Positions 58,741 through 64,000 of a stretch of DNA of 64,000 nucleotides are shown one piece after another. The stretch's first letter is position 1. The number at the start of each line of letters is the position of its first letter. Made by a program: the position numbers and the translations under genes. This DNA is from Minisyncoccota bacterium (GTDB lineage: Bacteria; Patescibacteriota; Minisyncoccia; Phycocordibacterales; JAQTLZ01), in contig JAQTSY010000003.1 in the NCBI GenBank assembly GCA_028711065.1, positions 1,136 through 65,135 on the forward strand. Reading direction: 5' to 3'. The notes below the pieces were generated by a model. That model was not told the DNA's origin. It did no database searches and saw only the letters and a list, made by a program, of their open reading frames with translations.

Positions 58741-59310
58741 TTACTTTTTATACTTACGGAAGGTAGAGACGACAACTCCGAGGATCTGTCCTTCCCGCGG
58801 ATAAATCGGAGCGTATTTCTCATTCGCCGCTTCGAGGTAGAATTTGCCGGCCTTTTTGCGCAGGTATTTTATGGTGTAGCCGTCTTCGGTCAGGGCCACG
58901 ACAATATCGCCCGGCTTGTAGTCGGATGTTTTTTCGAGGATGACCATGTCGCCCGGCTGGAGCCCCGCGTCAATCATCGAATCACCTTCCACTTGGAGGA
59001 GAAAGCTGGCGTCCTTGTCGCGGATGAGATATTCGCCCACGGTGATGGTGTCGGCGAGCTCGTCCTCAGCAGGAGAAGCAAAGCCGGCGCGCACGTGACC
59101 CAAGAGCCGGAGCTCGTGGAGCTTGCCGGTGGGGACGAGCTTGCCGAGACTGTCCTTCTCAACACTTCCCTCTTTGACGAGTGCTTGGATAACATAAAAG
59201 GCGGAACTGCGTGAGCGGAATTTGAAAAGCGCCATGACCTCGGTGATGGTCGGCATGCGTTTATGGTCGCGATAGAATTTAAAAACTTTTTTGGAGTAGC
59301 TTTTCCTCAT
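58741..59310 (-). CDS. lexA: LexA-type repressor (HTH plus S24 peptidase).
   Basis: C-terminal GDSMIDAGL...Lys dyad, N-terminal winged HTH. The start was chosen at MRKSYSKK, which has a GGAGGG Shine-Dalgarno sequence. Confidence 0.8.
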   Translation of the reverse strand: MRKSYSKKVFKFYRDHKRMPTITEVMALFKFRSRSSAFYVIQALVKEGSVEKDSLGKLVPTGKLHELRLLGHVRAGFASPAEDELADTITVGEYLIRDKDASFLLQVEGDSMIDAGLQPGDMVILEKTSDYKPGDIVVALTEDGYTIKYLRKKAGKFYLEAANEKYAPIYPREGQILGVVVSTFRKYKK

Positions 59311-59321
59311 CCCTCCATTAT

Positions 59322-59339
59322 ATCGAACATTTGTTCGAT
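59322..59339. promoter_or_regulatory. LexA box of the Gram-positive/Cheo type: ATCGAACATTTGTTCGAT (GAAC-N4-GTTC). A perfect palindrome about 12 nt upstream of the lexA Shine-Dalgarno sequence.
   Basis: Palindrome seen in the sequence; matches the CGAACRNRYGTTCG consensus. Confidence 0.6.
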
Positions 59340-59365
59340 AGCAAGGATTTGAGGGGAAAAGTCTT

Positions 59366-59794
59366 TTATGCGTTGCGTTTGAGACTTCGCAAAAAGTAGA
59401 CAGCGACAATGATAGCCGCAACAATGAGGGTGATGTGAAATCCGATATCGATCTTGATGAGGCCGGAGAGATTCATGCCGTTGACGCGATGAAGATTGTC
59501 ATGCGGCCACCAGTTCATGAGAAGCCATGCGATGGAGATGTAGGTTGCAAGGGTAAAGTTTTTCGCTTCAGGCATTACATTTTTTACCGACTTGTAGCCG
59601 AAAATTAAGAACGAGACACCAAGACCAAAAGCGATATCTTCCACAATTGCGATGACAATAAAAAATGGCAGCTGGAAGCTTGTCGGCACAGGTGCTCCCA
59701 TCATGTCCGGCCAGATGACTCGAGTAAGGAGAAACGTAGCGATAGCACACACTAGCGTGACGATAACAACTTTTGTTTTTGTTTTCATATCCAA
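59366..59794 (-). CDS. Hypothetical membrane protein with four transmembrane segments.
   Basis: ORF with hydrophobic segments. A GC-rich hairpin gcggcgcggccc-aga-gggccgcgccgc lies in its upstream region. Confidence 0.45.
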   Translation of the reverse strand: MDMKTKTKVVIVTLVCAIATFLLTRVIWPDMMGAPVPTSFQLPFFIVIAIVEDIAFGLGVSFLIFGYKSVKNVMPEAKNFTLATYISIAWLLMNWWPHDNLHRVNGMNLSGLIKIDIGFHITLIVAAIIVAVYFLRSLKRNA

Positions 59795-59914
59795 ATATTC
59801 TACCTTTTTCTAGCTACGTTGACTAGAAAGCGGCGCGGCCCAGAGGGCCGCGCCGCATTTAGGTGATATACTACAAGGGAACCTGTCTCTTTTTTTATTC
59901 ATCTTAAAAAATAT

Positions 59915-60307
59915 ATGAAAAAACTTATCATCGTCGTTGTGATCGGCGTCATCGCCTGTGGCGCATATTATTTTGTTTCTAAACGTAATACTGCCTACTC
60001 TCCCAGCCCAACTCCTACCCCAGAAGCGATAAACCCTGCGCCATCTTCAGGCACAGCAAACATAGACATTCAAAATTCCGCTTTTAGCCCAATGACTATC
60101 ACCGTCAAAGCCGGAACAAAAGTCGTCTGGACGAACAAAGATAGCATCACCCACACAGTCACATCCGACGCGGGTGCACCTCAATACTTCACCTCACGCT
60201 TCCCTGCCGGCGGAACATTCGGCGCGATTTTGACTGCACCAGGCACTTACCACTATCACTGCGACGTGCACCCTGAAATTACAGGCACCGTCATAGTAAC
60301 ACAATAA
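59915..60307 (+). CDS. Cupredoxin (plastocyanin/azurin-like blue copper protein), membrane-anchored.
   Basis: YHYHCDVHPEITGTVIV copper-ligand pattern (His...Cys-x2-His-x4-Met) plus an upstream His. Confidence 0.75.
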   Translation: MKKLIIVVVIGVIACGAYYFVSKRNTAYSPSPTPTPEAINPAPSSGTANIDIQNSAFSPMTITVKAGTKVVWTNKDSITHTVTSDAGAPQYFTSRFPAGGTFGAILTAPGTYHYHCDVHPEITGTVIVTQ

Positions 60308-60431
60308 AAACGCCTCCTAGTGGCAAAGACAGTCCTTTGCTAGGGGCAAAATTGACAAAGTTTGGGAAAAGGCACAGTATTGAAACAGATTCGGCTTAAG
60401 AAACCCTTTTTGAGAAGAAAGAGAGGCACGC

Positions 60432-60659
60432 GTGTCGAAATTTCGCCTAAAGAGAAGTATGAAAGGACAATTCGGAGGGTATGGTTGTCTGATACCCCTG
60501 CTGCCTTTCACGATGGCCATGGTTTTTATCCTACCAGTAATCGGTAGGATGCTACACAGACAAGAGATTAGTACTGGGGGCTGGCTTTCGCTTGCGATTG
60601 GGGCCATAATGCTGGGCCTCAGCGTCTGGACCTTTCTCACAACCCCTCAACGCTTTTAA
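60432..60659 (+). CDS. Small two-transmembrane membrane protein (75 aa) with its own downstream terminator (caaaacgg...ctcgtttttt).
   Basis: ORF plus a terminator at about 60695-60725. Confidence 0.3.
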   Translation: MSKFRLKRSMKGQFGGYGCLIPLLPFTMAMVFILPVIGRMLHRQEISTGGWLSLAIGAIMLGLSVWTFLTTPQRF

Positions 60660-60718
60660 AGCCGAACAGGCTTCCAACGAGACTTGCCGACAAAACGGTA
60701 AAGCCTCGTTTTTTATTC

Positions 60719-61153
60719 CTACATATTTTTTGGCTGGAGCATGCTGACACGGTTGCCTTCGCTGTCCTCGAAAGAGATCCAGAGACCAACGCCGGGGATA
60801 TCTTGGGGTTCCATTGTCTGCTTGCCAGAGCCATCCATCGCTCCCAAAATTTTTCCGCCTCCTTTCTCGACTTCCTTCATGGAAGCGTGAATGTCTTTGA
60901 CTGCGATCACAACTGACGGAGCATGAGATTTGGGGCTATCACTTTTTTTGTAAAAGCCCCCGTTAATGGTGCCGGGCGTTTTCACCATTCCTTTGTCATC
61001 CGTCTCTGCCGTTTGTGCTACGACATAATTTCCCATCTCCGCTCCCATCTGTTGCATTTTCCAATTGAAAACAGTTTCATAAAACTTCTTCATCCTCTCG
61101 CGGTCGTTATAGCCCATTTCGAAATGCACTACGGGATTCATTTTGTTTTTCAT
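60719..61153 (-). CDS. VOC / glyoxalase-bleomycin resistance-dioxygenase superfamily protein.
   Basis: MNPVVHFEM start motif and a beta-alpha-beta-beta-beta pattern. Confidence 0.65.
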   Translation of the reverse strand: MKNKMNPVVHFEMGYNDRERMKKFYETVFNWKMQQMGAEMGNYVVAQTAETDDKGMVKTPGTINGGFYKKSDSPKSHAPSVVIAVKDIHASMKEVEKGGGKILGAMDGSGKQTMEPQDIPGVGLWISFEDSEGNRVSMLQPKNM

Positions 61154-61395
61154 AAGTTTAAAACCTTCATATTTGAAGAATTTCTTCGTTCCAAGTTCCG
61201 TCTGCTCCCGCGCAGTAGGTTTACTACAGCTTAGTCGCAATACTCACTTGCGCCTCGAACTTCATTCAAATCTTAAGGTTTAAAATTAGTTAATAATTAA
61301 CCTAAATTTTCTGACTTATTTTACTACGCCGTATAAAAAACCAAAACATTACAAATTTTATTTTAGCTCTTAACAAAACATGCTATGATACAAAA

Positions 61396-62829
61396 ATGTC
61401 ATCACCTGATACCGAAAAAAGTACTCGAAAACCTGCGGTTGCCGGAACATTTTATCCTGCTGACCAGAAAGAACTCCAACAAAAAATTCAGGTCAGTCTA
61501 GACAACGCTCCTGATTCTCCGAAGAAAAAAGTGGCGATGATACTTGTCCCGCACGCGGGATATGATTTTAGCGCGGATATCGCGGCTCTCGCTTACAAAA
61601 CTCTTATCGGGCAAAAAATCAAACGAGTATACCTCCTAGGAAATTCACATTTCGACCGCTTTCCCGGAGTGGTAGTAGACGACAACGAATTCTGGGAGAC
61701 GCCTCTCGGAAAGGCAGAAGTAGACAGAGAAAAAATCCAGGAATTGTTTGCATTCAGCCCGCTTGTGAGAACGCACTCTCCCACCCATGGAAAAGATCAT
61801 GCTCTCGAAGTGCAGTTGCCATTTTTACAAACTGTTTTAGATTCGCCTTTTACGATTATTCCTCTTTTATTTGGCAATAATACGCTTTACGAGTATGAAT
61901 CAATGGCGAATATTCTCTCGTCGATGTACGAAGATGGCGATCTTTTTGTGATAAGTACCGATCTGTCGCACTACCCTCCCTTCGAAATTGCAAAAAAGAT
62001 TGACCAAGAAACGTTAAAATTAATTAGCCGTAAAGATGGAGAGGGACTGAAAGAGCACGCAAAAAGCGCCTTAACCACAAAAGAAAATATGCTCACAATT
62101 TTATGCGGCCTTCCTGCTGTCGAATGCGCAATTGTAATCGCCCGGGAGTTGAATTTAGAGCCTAAAGTTTTAGGATATAAAAATAGCGGAGATGTAGAAA
62201 CAGAAAATAAAAATAGGGTGGTCGGATATGGCGCGATTTCATTTATTCTAGGCAAAAGCAGGCAAAAGAAACAAGATGAGAAAGAGCTATTAAATGCTGA
62301 AGAACAAGCAATGCTTCTCCAGATCGCCAAAACGAGTGTGGAAAATTTTATTCAAAATAACACTATCTCGGACTTTGGCGATATCATGCCGAAACTCAAG
62401 AAACCGTCTGGCGCCTTTGTCACTATAAAACGGGGCGGTCAGCTTCGTGGCTGTGTAGGGCTTATTCTCCCCGATGACCGCCCTCTGTGGAAGGTGGTAC
62501 GCGATATGGCAATTGCTTCGGCAACAAAAGACGGCCGATTCCGTTCCGTCATGGCAAATGAGCTTCCAGAGTTAAGTTATGAAGTCAGTGTCCTCTCTTC
62601 TCCCACAAAAATAGATGACTGGCAGAAAATAAAACTTGGAATAGACGGAGTGGTGCTCACCAAAGGAGAAAGAGTGGGAATTTTTCTTCCGCAAGTAGCT
62701 AGAGAAACACTTTGGAGCAAGGAGAGATTTTTGAGCGAACTTTGTTTTCAAAAAGCTGGACTAGCCCCAGATGCCTTCAAAACAGATCCTGAAATCACAC
62801 TGAGTGTTTTCCAAGCCCAAGTATTTTGA
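61396..62829 (+). CDS. Fusion of AmmeMemoRadiSam system protein B (MEMO1-like) with AMMECR1 (protein A).
   Basis: N-terminal AGTFYPAD...VPHAGY (Memo) and C-terminal GAFVTIKRGGQLRGCVGLI (AMMECR1). Confidence 0.8.
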   Translation: MSSPDTEKSTRKPAVAGTFYPADQKELQQKIQVSLDNAPDSPKKKVAMILVPHAGYDFSADIAALAYKTLIGQKIKRVYLLGNSHFDRFPGVVVDDNEFWETPLGKAEVDREKIQELFAFSPLVRTHSPTHGKDHALEVQLPFLQTVLDSPFTIIPLLFGNNTLYEYESMANILSSMYEDGDLFVISTDLSHYPPFEIAKKIDQETLKLISRKDGEGLKEHAKSALTTKENMLTILCGLPAVECAIVIARELNLEPKVLGYKNSGDVETENKNRVVGYGAISFILGKSRQKKQDEKELLNAEEQAMLLQIAKTSVENFIQNNTISDFGDIMPKLKKPSGAFVTIKRGGQLRGCVGLILPDDRPLWKVVRDMAIASATKDGRFRSVMANELPELSYEVSVLSSPTKIDDWQKIKLGIDGVVLTKGERVGIFLPQVARETLWSKERFLSELCFQKAGLAPDAFKTDPEITLSVFQAQVF

Positions 62830-62859
62830 CAATCGGAATATAAAGCGTAACTTTTTCCG

Positions 62860-63453
62860 ATGAGCCACGTCTACAAGGGTATGAACCAAGCATGGCAAAA
62901 ACAAGCGCAGAGTGTCCTTTCTCTTGATTATGCTGAGGTATGCTTTGCAGCCTTTCTTAATTTCCTTCTTATGGCGATTATCTTGATTGGAAGAAACAAT
63001 ATTTTCTACGGAGCTTCAGTACCAATATGCCTTGCGATGACGATCACGCTTCTTCTTACTATCCTTATCGAGCGACTTTCATCCCATACAGGAACTTCTC
63101 AAGAGATGAAAGACATTTTAAAAGCAGTTTTCTTTGAGGTATTTCTACTCTTCAGCATTAGCCTTCTGCCCCCGACAGCAAATGTGTTGTTTCTCCTTCT
63201 CGAAACTCTCTTTGTCTTTGCAGTACAATCCGGAGCGACATTATTCTTCGGAAAAGCATTTCGGATTGAGCTCGCAGAATTCTTCATATTTGTCGCTCTT
63301 ACAATTGAGCTTCTTCCCGAGGAGATCTTGCGCTCTCTCGTTTATATCGAGCCAAAAATAAAAATGCTTCAATCCAGACTTGGTCGCATTCATGTTCCGC
63401 ATCTATTAGGAGTTAAGAAAGCGAAAGTCACCGAGAACATCGCGGGAACGTAA
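62860..63453 (+). CDS. Hypothetical multi-transmembrane membrane protein.
   Basis: ORF with hydrophobic segments. Confidence 0.4.
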   Translation: MSHVYKGMNQAWQKQAQSVLSLDYAEVCFAAFLNFLLMAIILIGRNNIFYGASVPICLAMTITLLLTILIERLSSHTGTSQEMKDILKAVFFEVFLLFSISLLPPTANVLFLLLETLFVFAVQSGATLFFGKAFRIELAEFFIFVALTIELLPEEILRSLVYIEPKIKMLQSRLGRIHVPHLLGVKKAKVTENIAGT

Positions 63454-63539
63454 AGATGATTTTATCTCTCATTCAATAAATATGTACTACAAAGGCCCCT
63501 TTCATTGGGGCCTCTTGAGTACAGGAGTTTCAGCATATT

Positions 63540-63734
63540 TCATTTTTTCTTCTCCTCTTCATCATCCTTACTGCTAGCATCATCATCGTCTCCATCCATA
63601 TCCAACATAAAAGCGTTTCTTGAATAAGCGAACATTCGCGACTCCGGTGGATTCAAAGTAAAACCTTTTCCAAGAGGTTTGTTTCCCATATCCATTACAT
63701 ACTTCTGAAGTCTCAATACGCTTTGGTTTAACAT
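63540..63734 (-). CDS. Small acidic-tailed hypothetical protein (64 aa).
   Basis: ORF only. Confidence 0.25.
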   Translation of the reverse strand: MLNQSVLRLQKYVMDMGNKPLGKGFTLNPPESRMFAYSRNAFMLDMDGDDDDASSKDDEEEKKK

Positions 63735-64000
63735 TTTAGTTTTGGTTAGTTATTAAAGGGTCTCGGAGCCCTAAGCATTGATTTTAGAAACCATTACTTA
63801 GGGACAATCAACCCCTATCTTGCCTTCGCTCGGGAGGGGTGCAATGTACATTGCAGCGGACTCCTGAAACTCGGCAAGGAAATACGACTATTTCCTTCTA
63901 GTATTAGTGACGAGATGTATTTTCTTTTGTTACAGAAAGAGTAACTGAAAAAATAACTGCGCGATAAACATTGACGCAGTGTCAAAGATTATTTTATTGA

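Noticed and set aside
60317-60640. Minus-strand ORF of 107 aa.
   Set aside because: It overlaps a plus-strand small membrane ORF that has its own terminator, and it has no ribosome-binding site or motif.

Overview
The window reads like a low-GC, gene-dense genome in the style of Patescibacteria (CPR); that assignment is an inference from gene content and composition, not a measurement. Most of it is housekeeping. Minus-strand genes include an aromatic amino-acid gene cut by the window start at 1..1321, the division cluster mraZ-rsmH-ftsL-ftsI, alanine racemase, ClpB, cysteine desulfurase and truB. Plus-strand genes include infB-rbfA, typA/bipA, a HisRS-like gene, a DsbA-like protein and a Memo-AMMECR1 fusion. 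Seven tRNA genes are present (Glu, Tyr, Cys, Leu-TAA, Lys, Leu-TAG), five of them in one array. The accessory content is the more interesting part. (1) A ~15 kb minus-strand surface locus (20.4-35 kb) holds five tandem VirB2/TrbC-like pilin paralogues, an orphan solute-binding protein, a SAM methyltransferase, an 809-aa Ig-like repeat adhesin and a compact type IV pilus operon (pilB, pilC and five prepilin-type genes). (2) A family of structured RNA-like repeats with compensatory stem changes flanks tRNA-Leu(TAG) and recurs in the typA leader. (3) A GC-rich three-gene island, including an SPFH/flotillin-like protein, lies just downstream of the tRNA array. (4) A UvrD-like helicase-nuclease gene is split into two ORFs by a 1.6 kb insertion that carries repeated hairpin elements. 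(5) A GC-rich cassette lexA-pemK/mazF-like-dinB has a GAAC-N4-GTTC LexA box but no antitoxin gene; a type II restriction-modification (R-M) locus lies next to it. (6) A HisRS-like gene lacks the anticodon-binding domain and is followed by GIY-YIG and DEDD-exonuclease genes. Several other small GC-rich foreign-looking genes are present (a PDT-like gene, a purC-like gene). No CRISPR array, transposase, integrase or reverse transcriptase was recognised. The supplied ORF track appears to omit ORFs that run off the window edge and uses GTG/TTG starts, so several start coordinates were adjusted by eye.
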